Shown: piece after piece, positions 1-12,243 of the stretch
Layout: every line of letters starts with the position of its first letter
Position numbering within the stretch: the stretch's first letter is position 1
Origin: Zancudomyces culisetae HAW-14-8
Taxonomy: Eukaryota; Fungi; Kickxellomycota
Length of the DNA stretch: 64,000 nt
NCBI GenBank assembly: GCA_052426225.1
Contig: JBNJNM010000013.1
Coordinates: forward strand, 620,001 to 684,000
Direction of reading: 5' to 3'
Translations under genes and position numbers: made by a program
The notes under the pieces: generated by a model
Told to the model about the DNA's origin: nothing
What the model saw: the letters and a program-made list of their open reading frames with translations, nothing else
Databases searched by the model: none

Positions 1-3000
1 GTATTTCACAGTTTTCAAATTGGGCCTGATTATTTGGAACGATATTATTTTACTGAAATTACAAATACAATTCGTTTTTATCTTTTTTTTCTTTCTTTGT
101 ATTGCTATTCTTGGAATAATTTTTTTTTTTTGCTCATGTGCTTTTTACATTTAAGTCCATCAATTTCCATTTTAACCGAGTGGAAATAAAAAAAGTCAAT
201 AAAATGTGGATATATTAAATCAGAAAGAAAAAAATATAAAATCTCGTCAATTTACAATTAACATTCTTCTGCAAAACTCTCTCTCCCTTCCCTTCTCCAC
301 CACACACAGACAAATTTGCGTGAAATATTTGCGAACAATGTAACTGATCTTTATTGGTTATTGCCTCTTTTTTCCTTTTTAGTGCGATTACATAAGCCAT
401 GCACTCATTTCCTGGGCTTTTTTTTCTTTTATGTCCGCGATTCACTTCATAAAACACAATACTTCATTTCACCAATATATAATTTTTTTTTTGTGTTTAT
501 CTAGATTTCAAATTCACCTTTCATCAAAATCCCCTCATTCTCTCTCTCCCTTCCCTCTCCCCCAAAAAACCGTAGTCATGCTGAGAACCCGTTACCAAAA
601 TTTTGTTTGTTTTTTTTTCCAACACAATATCTGCCACCAATAAATCGCCTTTTCTTTTCCCCTCCCAGCTCCCATATCCAATATCTACCTCTTTCCCACT
701 AAAGTCATGAATTTCGTTTATTTCACTAAACTCGGCCACTCACGTATACTACAACTTTATCTTCTCTCTATCCTTCAAAGGGCATTGTATAGTATAGTTA
801 CCAGGCTATTACCTTGGTAAAACAGAAAAACTGAGAAAAAGCCTTCCTTCTCTGGAACCACATATTTACTGTGAACTTCCAGAGCATGTTAAAAACAATA
901 AATAACTGCACATTAACAGTACATGTACAGTTTGTTGGCAATACCTCTCCCACTCCCCCCCCCTCCACTCTCACCTCCTCATTATGTTACTGCATCCCTG
1001 GGCTCTTATCTTATATCCCAATGACTATTAGGTAGTAATCTGATTCGCAATGAAATTCTGCGCTTTTACATTCCAATAATTTATTTTACGGAACCTCAAA
1101 AAAGAAACCCAAGTTTTCTCAAACATTCAGAAAATTACCTAAACATGTAGAAACTCAAAAAAAAAAATTTCTGGCTTTTCTTGTTCACCAACTTGCTTCC
1201 ACTCCCACTAAGATTAATTTAGGCGAAAACACGTTTACCATAGGACAAAATTAATAAATAAATAAACTGTTAGTTGCGTGTTATCAATAACTATTTCTTT
1301 TTTTTCAATCTGTGATTTTCCACTTCTTAATCGCTTTGGCTTTTTATTTTCATTTTCACGAACCTCAATGGAAAATTCTAGGTTAGTAAGCGGCTTTTTT
1401 CGATTTGTAATTTTATTTTTTCTGCTCTACCTCCACCACCACTCTCGTCTCCACCATTTACCTATAGAATCCTAATTACAAAATCATAAGCTTCAAACTA
1501 ATTATAAACTTTCTGTATAAATCATAATTCAATTTACTCGTCCATCAAATAAAACACAACGATAACGGTGTAGTACAGAAATAAAACAATAATAACAATT
1601 CCTAAATTACAAGAAAAAAAATGACCATCAAATTGGCTTGAGCTCAAATCATAGGCATGTTTAATCTCCCAACTGGAACAGGGAAATGGAGCTGGTTGAA
1701 AAAGACGAAAATTGTTATAGAAATAAGAATAATGATGAAAATATAAATATATAGTTGGACAAAAGGCTTTTTGTGTTTTTTCGCTAGAAAACCTGAAATT
1801 TTTATAAAAGCATAATTTTAGCCAACAACCATTTGCCATTTTAGCTGTGAAAACTCTGGTATGAAAATCTTGGTGTATATATTTCCTTGTATTTCATCTT
1901 TTATGTTACAATTCTAGATATTATGAAACATTTTTAAGCCAATTTCTCTTTCTAAAACATCAGTTTTTTTTTCGTTTTAAGCAAAGAAATTTCGATTTTT
2001 CTCATGACAGCCTAAAAAAATTTTAGTATTCCAAACCATCATTATGTTTTCCCATGTTATGTGAAGTAGTTTTGGCCATAAATATGTGCTTTATTTTTTC
2101 TTCAACAGGAAAAAGCGATTAGAGATTTTGTGTTTTGGCAAAATGAACAAAATAAGCCAAAAGATACATCAAAAAGCAAATAATTTGAAAAATAACAAAG
2201 GCAACAAAAAAAAAACACATGCAAAACCTAGCTATATTTCATCTATCACAATATATTCGTATTGTGAGTCATCATTAATTCTACTCGAATGCTAATCAAA
2301 ACATCAATTTCTCATCTAGTAGTCGACCATCTCTGACACATGATATCACACCATATTCTGACCATCTTAAACATAGTCTAGATATTTTTGTGTTTTAGTC
2401 GTTTTTTTCAGCAGGAAGAGTGGGGGGGAGAGATAACCCACTTCTCAGGCCTCAGTTTTTATTTGTCGCATTACTCAAGCGTCGTTTGTATTCTCCAAAA
2501 AAACCTGCTACATAATATATTTGAATGTATACATATATAACTTGGAATATTAAAGGGGGGGTGAGCGGGCTATCTGTGCAACAACGACACAGTTCTATGT
2601 AGAGAACAACCATCAACCCCCCTCCAAATACAGTATTGTAGTTTCTCACGCCATAAAACATCAGCTGTTTTTGAAATTAGTGATGAAAAATCAATTAAAG
2701 TCACTCCTTTTTTTCTCCGCTATTTTTCGATTCTACACTAAATCCTTATTGTGTATTTGTGTACAAAAAATACTAAAAGGACGTAAAGCTGAACTATCTA
2801 CTTTTTTTTTAGCAAATCCGTACCAAAAAAAATTCCTATGTACATTGCGCTAATCAATAATGTAATATAACTTTTAAATAGATATATATTTCGTTTGAAA
2901 AAAAGAAAATAAAAGCAATAGGCAACACACGCCACTTTTTTTTATTGTTTTATTTTTAGTAATTTGAAGAAAGAGACAAAGTAAAAAAAGTACTACACTC

Positions 3001-3767
3001 TAAATAGACAAACTATCATTTTTTTTTCACCCATCCTTGAAATAGTAGTGATAGAAACAGCATCAGCATCAGCATCAACAATATCTTTAAACTACACTTG
3101 GTATCCATCATGGGCATGTATAGTGCTACCTGTATTGCTTCTGTTGAACTATTTTATAACTGTATATTAACAAAACAGGTACTAGTGTATACACGTATTT
3201 ACTTTCTCCTTCAAAAGCAGTGAAGCTGGCAAAAGTTGATAAAGGTGGGACAATATTACAACTAGTTTCCAAGAGCACTAATAGAGCTTGAATGGTCCAT
3301 ATTCGAACATATAGTCTTTGAAAATAATATTAACACTAACACTAAAGACTTGTGGCTGTTTGATCCTTACAACCACCCAGCTTTTTGTGCTTCATTTCAC
3401 TCCACCCTTCTAACGCACTATTCTCACTTTACTTGTCTTGGATTATTGGTGCTGTATTCAGCTCAACATACTCTCAGAGTTTAGGTGTAAAAGTGGGATT
3501 GAGGGTTATATGGTAGGATTTAGAAGTTAAGAACGCAATGTTAGATGTTGGGATAGTGTGTGCTTTTTATTCGGGTAACCTTGCTTCCAACCAACCTACT
3601 TTACACTGTTAAATATTAGTTTACTGCTATACAGATCTAAAATTTTCATATTGCAACCACTTGAATTTGTCTAAACCCACATTTCCTCTTCTACTAGTAG
3701 GCTAACCAAGATTAACAGGTTCATATTTCTAACCAATATACTAGATCACCAAAAACAGATTTCCTCT

Positions 3768-3780
3768 CCCCCCCCCCCCC
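3768..3780 (+). repeat. poly-C homopolymer (13 nt)
   Basis: Direct reading; it ends the pyrimidine-rich 1-3.8 kb stretch. Confidence 0.9.
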
Positions 3781-4600
3781 AAAAAAGTATTGAGCTTGGA
3801 TAGGCTCAGCACCTTTTACTCTTATTTTATGACCTATTAGTTCATCTTGGTAAAGATAAAGTGTTGTATCTGGCACAACCCAACACACAATTGGGATATG
3901 AAAATTTTAAGGCAATGAAAAATTACGTTTAGTGCCGACAAGCGAGATTTACTATCAAGACAGTCTTGTACTGCCCAAATAATAAAGCATGTATAGTGTT
4001 TGTATTGATTATTGCGTATTACATTAGAGGATGTGTTGAGGAGAAGAGGAAAGGGAGGGCTATTTTATTTTGGTACGTACTTGATATGAATCAATATATG
4101 TTTTATTCTAGAAGGAACTAGAGTTTACAAAAGGATATTTACATCAAATCTGTAAAAACGTATAGATAGAGAAAACTCTGTATTAAAACCAAATGACTAC
4201 CTACCAGCCATCTTTTTCTAGTGTATGTACTGGGGTTATACGAAGTGGTATTTTTCATCAACCTAACAGTAAAAACAAAGCCCGGTTTTCCTCAATTACA
4301 TCAAGCAAAGCGTAAATAAATGAATAGCTCTTTCTTTAATTACCAACCGATTTCGATTGGGCTGAAATTTAGTTATCAATTTGTATCTATTTTCCAAAGG
4401 CTTGAAAATTTTTTTTGCTTATTTTCCTGGGGGGCAAAAAAAAAAATATGCAAAACACAAACGAAAACCAAATCAAAGAAAAAAGAAATTCTGAATTTGA
4501 ACATTGATATACAAGTCAATCACACACTGAAAGATAAAATAGTAATCAAATTTAATTTTACACACATTTGTTGTTACAGATCGAGAATTAAATCATAAAA

Positions 4601-5227
4601 ATGCTCAAAACATTTAGAGTATTTTCCAGAAATATAGCACCAGCTGTACTAAAGCCACGGGTCTTTGCGCAGAACTATGTAACGAAATTCGACCAAGCAA
4701 AAATCAAAGAAGCACAAAGTGAGATTGAAGTCGATCAAGGAACAATCGGGATCACAACAATAGTTCCCTTAGAAAAGCGAGTACTCCTGCGCGAGGATCC
4801 TCTATTATCGCAAATAGTAAACACGATTATGAGAGATGGAAAAAAATTACGAGCTCAACGCCAAGTGAGCGACGCATTATTGCAGATCAAAAAGGAAACA
4901 AATTCAGATCCCTACAGAGTGTTATTTGATGCAGTTGAAATGGCTTCACCTTTGATGGCCACAGCCTCAAGTAAAAAAGGAACAAAAAACATTCTAATTC
5001 CAAAGCCGTTGAATCTAAGACAAAGAAGAAGATTTGCAATTCTATGGATTTTGGAAGAAGCAAAGAAAAGAAAGGTCAGAAAGTTACACTTGCGACTAAG
5101 TGCCGAAGTGCTGGCAATTGTCAATGGAACTAGTAACGTGCTCCAACGAAAGCTATCACTACACAAAACAGTCCTTGCAAATAGAGCACAGCTGCTCACA
5201 ATGATGGGCCCAGGTGGTCGCCGCTAG
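4601..5227 (+). CDS. RSM7: Mitochondrial small-subunit ribosomal protein uS7m
   Basis: Intronless 208-aa ORF. Arg-rich presequence (MLKTFRVFSR). S7 motifs: VNTIMRDGKKLRAQ, IPKPLNLRQRRRFAILWI, LHKTVLANRA. Confidence 0.9.
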   Translation: MLKTFRVFSRNIAPAVLKPRVFAQNYVTKFDQAKIKEAQSEIEVDQGTIGITTIVPLEKRVLLREDPLLSQIVNTIMRDGKKLRAQRQVSDALLQIKKETNSDPYRVLFDAVEMASPLMATASSKKGTKNILIPKPLNLRQRRRFAILWILEEAKKRKVRKLHLRLSAEVLAIVNGTSNVLQRKLSLHKTVLANRAQLLTMMGPGGRR

Positions 5228-5848
5228 ATTTCCTCCCCTCCCCCTACATGCTTTTCTGGCTTTGACATTCATTTAATAAGATTTTACTGTCTTTTACAAA
5301 CTATTTTTTCTCACTACTACAAATAAATGTATCATTTTTCAAAAAAAAAAATAAGAGGAAACAGTACAAAAATTCTATAGAGGGTATCTGAAATCGGGAA
5401 TAAGGAAATGATACTTATAAAGATGTTTGAAAGAACGTGGTATGTTTAAATGTTGTGTTTAGACCTCCTTGTATCAAATCTATATAGCGGCAAGTTGATA
5501 ATCACTGTTATGAGTATGTAGTATTATGGGCTAAATATCTGGTATTGGGTTGGTATTTTGCAATCCTAATACCATTTATACAAGTTTACTTTACACAAAA
5601 CATACCCACCAGGAACTAAAGGAGAAAAAAAAACTATACTGTACGATATGCGTGTTAATATCTATTTTTTTTTTCAAAGTTAATGCATTTTCATTATTTT
5701 TCAAGGTACAAAGATCAAAGCATATCGCGTATACTATAAAAAAAGAGAAATGTTATTGAAAAAAAAAGGCAGAAATGATAGGAATGGAAAAAACAAAAAT
5801 TAATTACACATGCTTGAAAAAGTCGTAGCCATTCCCCATCACATTGGA

Positions 5849-6577
5849 TCATTCAGAGCTTTCCGGTTTGGGAATGGATACATCTCCAACGATACAGTTG
5901 AGACCGCTTATAATCTTATCTACAGGCATGACGAGTTTCCAGTCTGGATGACCAGCACCAAGGGATATAATAGGTGGATTCAGTTCTGTAATGGCCTTAC
6001 TCATAATTATAGGCAATGCCGTGGTAGAACCAAATGGTGAAACCCCAAACTTATCAAAACCAGTCAACTCTTTTGTAAGCTCGGGATTAACAAGTCTAAA
6101 GTTAAAGTTTTTCTTGGAACGAGGCTTCCCATCCGTTTTGAAACTTCTAATAAAGTCAGTTAGCTTTGAACAATCTATTGATGCTTCATATTGCACAAAA
6201 ATGCAAACCATTTTAAAGTTGTTGAGATCCTCTTTGAACTCTTCTTTCCAGCGTTTGTTCTCCATAATCACACATTTAGTCATATGAAAAGTATTAGGCA
6301 CATTGACTCGCTTGGTGCGCACAGATAGGGGCCAGGAGTAGTAATCCGATTCAACCTTGACAAATCTACTAGCTCCTCGTAAATCCAGTTCGTTGATATG
6401 TTTCAGAACCTTGATGACCTCAACCGGCCATTCGTCCTCCTTTTCACCATCGTAGCTTGATTTTTCTTTGGCTAATTTTTCGGAATTTTCAAGAAAGTCG
6501 AGCACATATTGATTTTCGCAAGGAGTTGCGGTACCATTTGTTGTTTGGAGATCTTGAGAGGTTTGTACGTCAGACAT
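5849..6577 (-). CDS. Free-standing YbaK/aminoacyl-tRNA-synthetase-associated (INS superfamily) domain protein
   Basis: First ATG at 6577. Motifs YYSWPL, HMTKCVIMEN (conserved Lys), VQY, NFNFRL, LTGFDKFGVSPFG and SLGAGHPDWKL match the eukaryotic plant-type YbaK family. Confidence 0.8.
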   Translation of the reverse strand: MSDVQTSQDLQTTNGTATPCENQYVLDFLENSEKLAKEKSSYDGEKEDEWPVEVIKVLKHINELDLRGASRFVKVESDYYSWPLSVRTKRVNVPNTFHMTKCVIMENKRWKEEFKEDLNNFKMVCIFVQYEASIDCSKLTDFIRSFKTDGKPRSKKNFNFRLVNPELTKELTGFDKFGVSPFGSTTALPIIMSKAITELNPPIISLGAGHPDWKLVMPVDKIISGLNCIVGDVSIPKPESSE

Positions 6578-7118
6578 TTGCAAAATGAAAATGAAAATTA
6601 GGTTGTATATTAGGAAAAAAATGTTTTTTTATATATATACCAGTAGGGCGTGTGGTTAAGTGGGAAGCAAAATATTGTTAACCTTCGGATCAATTAGGTT
6701 CAATTTCTTTATACACTTGGAGTATATCCCTTTTTTTATTGAATTTAGCGGATTATCCTGAAATTGGAAGGGGTTTGTGTGCAGTTAACAGAAATAAAAA
6801 TCCTAACAAAAGCGAGTGGAAAATATGATACTAACAGCCAATAGCCAGTAATTGATGGTATAATGGAGAATAACTGGACATTGTATGTTTTCTACGGAAA
6901 GGATTTGATTTGATTGGAACTAATCTCAAAAAAAATAAAACTCGCAAAATTCATTTACAGCCTAGATTTTGATTGATATTCAAAAATTAACCTTTTGTAT
7001 TTAAATGAATGTTTTAACTAAGGAAAAAAAATAACTATTTCGAATATCCCAACGTAAACTGTAACCGCATTTTCTTTTAAAGGACTCGAATATAAAACAA
7101 AAGCGTATACCAACCAAC

Positions 7119-8821
7119 ATGGAGGAAGAAATTAAAAATAAAAGTGTAAATGTGGAAATAAGCGAGGAGGTTCAGCATCATCATCCAAGTGATGAAGAAG
7201 CGGTAAAAAAGATTGGATTTTCCAACGAAGAAACAGATGCGGAGGAGGAGGGGGAAGACGAAGAGGAGGGTGAAGATGGTCCAAATGGGCCGTTTGATAA
7301 AGGTATGTACACACCATTGCTTTAAGTATTTTTTTCCCCGTTGAATTAGCCATCTCCAAGCATTGAACACTATTATTTTTTATTATTGTCTAACGGGCTG
7401 AACATTGTTTGAATAGATTCATTAAATTCATACGATTTCGAAGCTGATGTAAGTATCTAACTAAAAATATATAAGTAAATTGCTTATATTGGTAATAAGG
7501 ATGTTAACAAGTGACAGAGTATGATAACCAAAAAATAAAAATAAAATGGGAAATAGTATTTAAATCTGATTCAGTTGAGACTAAAGAGTATGGGAGGCTT
7601 GGAGCTAGGAAGATTTAAAAATCTAAAAGTAAGCATAATTTTTATATTATGAGTTTTTTAACAAAACACATCCAACCTCAAGAGGGGTTATTGGATTAGC
7701 TATTGAATAAAAAGAATTGTTTGCTAATTGTAAGAAAATAAATAATACTAAAAAAAAAATAGGAGGCTTGTTTTAGGCAGAATTATATACATAAGATAGA
7801 GGGGTTGGATGAGATACCATGGGTAGAGGAGCTCGATATGTATGATAATAGGCTAACAAAGATAGATGGACTGTCGAGTTTAGTCAACCTGAAGTAAGCA
7901 AATCCACTGATTTGATGTATTACTTTTTTGATTTATATGTAACAGCCTTTATAAACAATAATACTGAATGACAGGATGAAAAAAGCACTAATTTGATTGA
8001 TATTCAATAAAATATAGGTATTTGGATTTATCGTATAATATAGCGAGAAGGATACAGAACTTAGATGCACTGAGAAACCTTGAAAACTTGTATTTAATCA
8101 GCAACAAGATCAGGAGTATAAAGAACTTGGAAAATCTTACGAACTTGAAGGTACTGGAGCTAGGGTCAAACCGAATAGCTGAAATCGAGAATATCTCGAT
8201 GTTGGTGAACCTGGAAGAGTTGTACTTGGGCAAAAACAAGATCAGAAAACTACAAGGCCTTGAGGGTCTGACTAAACTGCGAATTTTGGGTATTCAGGGA
8301 AATAGACTGACAAAAATCGAGAATCTCGAGAAATTGGTTAGTCTTGAGGAGCTATATATTAGTGAAAATGGCATCGAGAAGCTAGAGGGACTGCAAGGTA
8401 ACTTGAAGCTGAGAGTGCTAGATATTGCCAAAAACCGGATAAAGAAATTGGAAAACCTGGACCACTTGTCAGAGTTGGAGGAATTATGGGTAAGTGAATT
8501 TTCTTTGTTATTATTATTTCTTTGTTTAAAACAAGAGAGAGATAGGAAAAAAGTATATTTACATAATACTATTTTAACAAATGTACAAAGACTTGAATGA
8601 CTGTTAAATAACCGTGTAAACCAAACGATAAATAGGCAAGCTCAAACGGATTCAGTAGCTTTATCGAAATCGAAAATCAGTTAAAGAATCTCACAAATCT
8701 GGAGACGGTTTACTTTGAGTACAACCCAGTACAAACAAACAACATGACTCTTTACAGGAACAAAATCAAGCTGGCACTTCCGCAACTCAAGCAAATAGAT
8801 GCAACGTTATGTCATCATTAA
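7119..8821 (+). CDS. SDS22: Protein phosphatase 1 regulatory subunit SDS22 (LRR); 6 exons: 7119-7302, 7417-7448, 7557-7628, 7763-7893, 8018-8489, 8636-8821 (358 aa)
   Basis: GT-AG introns join in frame. Acidic N-terminus, SDS22-type 22-aa LRRs (LKVLELGSNRI, LEELYLGKNKI) and LRR cap YRNKIKLALPQLKQIDAT. Confidence 0.9.
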
Positions 8822-8877
8822 TGCAATCAAAACCCACTTAAGTGAAAAGCGCGACATAGTTTCACGCTTGGCTGGTT

Positions 8878-11800
8878 CTACCTGAGTTGAGACAGAGCAG
8901 CAATTTCTTCAGTTTTGATATCCATCAAGCCATTCAGTGATCGAAGTTCGTCAGTCAGCGTTCGATATTCTTGAAGTTCTGAGTAGATTGCTGGATTGAG
9001 TTGGCTTAGTTTGTCAAATTTAGCCTTATATTTAGCCTTTAAATCGCTTAGTTCTAGTGATAGCAAATCTATTACCATTTGTTTTTTGTCTGCAGATGAT
9101 TTGGTAGAAGTGACAGAGCCACTATGTTTGCTAGAGTCCTTATTTATTGGTAGGAACTCATAGGAAGATGATGGGCTAGTTTCATCGGAGATATCATTCC
9201 TACTATTTCTCAGCTTATGACTGTAGTTTTGGTTTCGATGTTGACTTCGATGTTGACTTTGGTTTTGGTAGTAGCTCTCAGTATCCATCTTTTTCAAAAA
9301 TGGATCGTTTTCGACAAACCAAGTGTTAAACCTTCCCTGCAGCCTGCCTATTCTTTTGTCGTCTTTAGCATCAATTTGATCTTCATCGTTGTAACTGGCA
9401 TCATATTTGGCCAAGCTGTAGGCGGCAGAGCTTGATTTGGTAGGATATCCTTTTCTAAAAGATGTATAGCGAGCAAAGGCACCCTCCATATCATTGCTTT
9501 TGTTTCTGCTTTCAGTCCCGAATCGATCTCTAACCTCACTCCTACTTTTACTTCTACTGTTGCTCCTATCTCTGCTCCTGTTTCTGCACCTACTCCCGCT
9601 GTCCCTTTCGCTAACACCGCTGCCTGTTTTCATGTGGATATCTTTATGCTCAAGAATTTTTAGCAGCTCAGACTTGTACATTTCCAAGACATTTTCAACC
9701 TGCGCCACATTGTCAGCGCTATTTTTGATATCCGACATTTCCAACTTTTTCTTTATTGACTCGATTTCCTTTTGTAGTGGTGCCAACTCTATATTTTTTA
9801 TCACTCTATACACCGACTTTTTTATTTCTTCCTTCATTTTTGCCTCGTTTGGCAAATGTCGATTATCTTGCAGTGCAGATATCTTGGCTCCGTAGTAATC
9901 TGGATAATTTCCTCCGCTGTTTTTAGTATATCTTTCCCCAGATTTGCGTTCAGATAACAAGTAGTCCTTTGGCGTTTCAAAATATTTACTTATCCCAGCT
10001 CTACCACCGCTGTCAACCCCAACATTAGTTCTTGCGGTAGAGTTACTCTTGCTACCACTTTTTTCTGGCGTTTGCGGCTGCACACCCATCGAATCAAAAC
10101 TTTTTCCTACAGTTGGAGTAATCTTTCTGTCCATTTGGCCTCTTCCACTCCTGACACTACCTGCTGAAAGCTGCTGTTTCATAAGAGCATAACTTTGTAG
10201 ATTACCAGGCCTTCTTGCTCCTTTGTTCACATTGGGGTTTAAGGACGGGGTTTCCATGTAGTTTTCCATTCTTGGTAACCTGGTCCTGCCATCACTATTT
10301 GTCTGTCTTTTAGATCCACTATCATATACTCTCTGTGTTTTTTTCAAGCTGTTTTGTGCGCTAGAGAGCATCGGCGTTCTAACAGCAGGTCCACTAATTT
10401 CGTCATCACTAGAATAGTAGTCTGTTTGCATACCAATGTTCTTTTTGTTTTGATTGCTACCAATTACTCCAACTCCGATTCTCCCTCTTCCTCTGGCACT
10501 GTTGATATAGTTTGGATAATTTCCTAGGTTTTTTCTATCAACGCTTGGATATTCTCCTGGCGTATCAAACAAGTTGGATCTTTCTGGCGACATTTTCGGC
10601 GTAATCTTCCCCTCTATCACCAATCCTGACATCGACTCTTCCATGCTGTCGTCAAAGTTGACATTGTCAATATTACTCCCCCGCTCGCTGTTCAATTCCT
10701 CGAGTGTCTGTTCAACTCGGCCTTTACGAGCTTGTCTATCAAATCTCGTGTCCACCTTCAATGTCCGACGAACCGAATTTCCTTTTTTCTGCTCATACTC
10801 ATCCTGCGATATTTCAAGCTCGTCAAAATCTTCCAGACTTATCACATTTCTATCCTCCTCTTTCACCGAGAACATATCAGTTTGTTTTTCTTCCACACTT
10901 TCGTCACCACCAACGCCCACATGATTCACGTTTACTCTACCTTCGTATTCATCATCACCCACATCTCCTTCATTCAGAACACTTTCACTCTCCCTACTCA
11001 TGACCGTAAACACACCCCTTCGTTTGCCTCTCTCATGGTGAGCGTAAAAATCCTCAGTTGCCTCGTGCCCTGCCCCAAGTTCCTCGTTTTGCATATCCAG
11101 CTCTTCAATTTCTCTTGCGATATCTTGTTTAACATCCGCATCGATATCTTGCATATCCTCCGTATTCAGATTTTCCATCTGATCCTCATCTTTTGTTTGT
11201 TCCTCGTCAGAATCAAATAAAGATTCTATCAGTGAGTTCGGTGCTTCCACGTTCGCTAGTCTGTATTTGTCCAACATTCCTACCATTTCAAGTTCATCGT
11301 CATAGTTAGACTGACGCGATAAATTTTCAGTGTCTTCATATGCATTTATTATACTATTCGGCACCTGGTATTTATTCGCATGTACTCGCTGGTACCTGGA
11401 TTCATATCCACCACCAACAAAATTCTCCCTTGCGCCTAAAATTTGACTCGCATTGATACCATAGCCTCGATTTCCTTTGCTTCTAGCATCCTCGCCGATT
11501 TTTTGGGTGAAATATGGTCTATTTGAATCAAACTCTCGCTCATACGATTGTTCTAATATAACTTGAGCTCTACCAATGCCGTTTTCCTTCAATTTATCCA
11601 TCCCTTTCCTTTCGAAAACGCTCCGATTGGTATTTTCAGCCACTACACCTTCGTGCTGTTCATATTCCTTATCAATTGCGTCGACATCTAATTGACCCTG
11701 ATTGTTCACCTCTCTATACATTTTTTGCCTGTCCTGCCCATCTGAAATATTTGTTGAGTATTTTTCCTCCCTGGATTGCATCAGTACTATGTCTATGTTA

Positions 11801-12243
11801 TCCTTATTTTCTAGATCAGTAATATCGGTTTCACTCTTGTATCTATGAAACACCTTCTCAGCGTCCAGCTGTCCTTTATAAACAAATGAATCCGCAGCCG
11901 AATTTGGGCGCATAGTCACATTTCCCGCATTGTTCAAATTCCCATTCCTCCGCCCTTCGTCTTTGCGGCTTTCAACAGCCATTCCTGGATTATCTGCATT
12001 TAAAGGTGTACCGCTACCACCAGCTTCTTCTCTAGTACCACTATTCTCATTTAAATATTCATCGTTGCTCCCATATCCCGAGTAGTTTTGATCGCCTGAT
12101 GCCTGTTCAAAATCTCTATATAATTCTCTTTCCATGCTTTCATCAAAATTAAATTTCGCGCCACCTCCTCTCTCTCGATTTGTGCTATCACCTGCTGTCA
12201 TGCCGGTTTTGAGTCCGGTTTCCTGATTTAAATCGCTATTCAT
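8878..12243 (-). CDS. 1121-aa largely disordered protein with a C-terminal Cep57/Ppc89-type microtubule-binding-like domain (putative centrosome/SPB protein)
   Basis: Long intronless ORF. The C-terminal VIDLLSLELSDLKAKY...LTDELRSLNGLMDIKTEEIAAL resembles the Cep57 MT-binding domain. Many TP/SP sites. Family assignment by eye only. Confidence 0.6.
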   Translation of the reverse strand: MNSDLNQETGLKTGMTAGDSTNRERGGGAKFNFDESMERELYRDFEQASGDQNYSGYGSNDEYLNENSGTREEAGGSGTPLNADNPGMAVESRKDEGRRNGNLNNAGNVTMRPNSAADSFVYKGQLDAEKVFHRYKSETDITDLENKDNIDIVLMQSREEKYSTNISDGQDRQKMYREVNNQGQLDVDAIDKEYEQHEGVVAENTNRSVFERKGMDKLKENGIGRAQVILEQSYEREFDSNRPYFTQKIGEDARSKGNRGYGINASQILGARENFVGGGYESRYQRVHANKYQVPNSIINAYEDTENLSRQSNYDDELEMVGMLDKYRLANVEAPNSLIESLFDSDEEQTKDEDQMENLNTEDMQDIDADVKQDIAREIEELDMQNEELGAGHEATEDFYAHHERGKRRGVFTVMSRESESVLNEGDVGDDEYEGRVNVNHVGVGGDESVEEKQTDMFSVKEEDRNVISLEDFDELEISQDEYEQKKGNSVRRTLKVDTRFDRQARKGRVEQTLEELNSERGSNIDNVNFDDSMEESMSGLVIEGKITPKMSPERSNLFDTPGEYPSVDRKNLGNYPNYINSARGRGRIGVGVIGSNQNKKNIGMQTDYYSSDDEISGPAVRTPMLSSAQNSLKKTQRVYDSGSKRQTNSDGRTRLPRMENYMETPSLNPNVNKGARRPGNLQSYALMKQQLSAGSVRSGRGQMDRKITPTVGKSFDSMGVQPQTPEKSGSKSNSTARTNVGVDSGGRAGISKYFETPKDYLLSERKSGERYTKNSGGNYPDYYGAKISALQDNRHLPNEAKMKEEIKKSVYRVIKNIELAPLQKEIESIKKKLEMSDIKNSADNVAQVENVLEMYKSELLKILEHKDIHMKTGSGVSERDSGSRCRNRSRDRSNSRSKSRSEVRDRFGTESRNKSNDMEGAFARYTSFRKGYPTKSSSAAYSLAKYDASYNDEDQIDAKDDKRIGRLQGRFNTWFVENDPFLKKMDTESYYQNQSQHRSQHRNQNYSHKLRNSRNDISDETSPSSSYEFLPINKDSSKHSGSVTSTKSSADKKQMVIDLLSLELSDLKAKYKAKFDKLSQLNPAIYSELQEYRTLTDELRSLNGLMDIKTEEIAALSQLR

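Noticed and set aside
9217-11220. Several antisense ORFs opposite the 1121-aa gene (similar ones lie opposite SEY1 and 13563-14147)
   Set aside because: Shadow frames of biased real genes, with no independent coding features.
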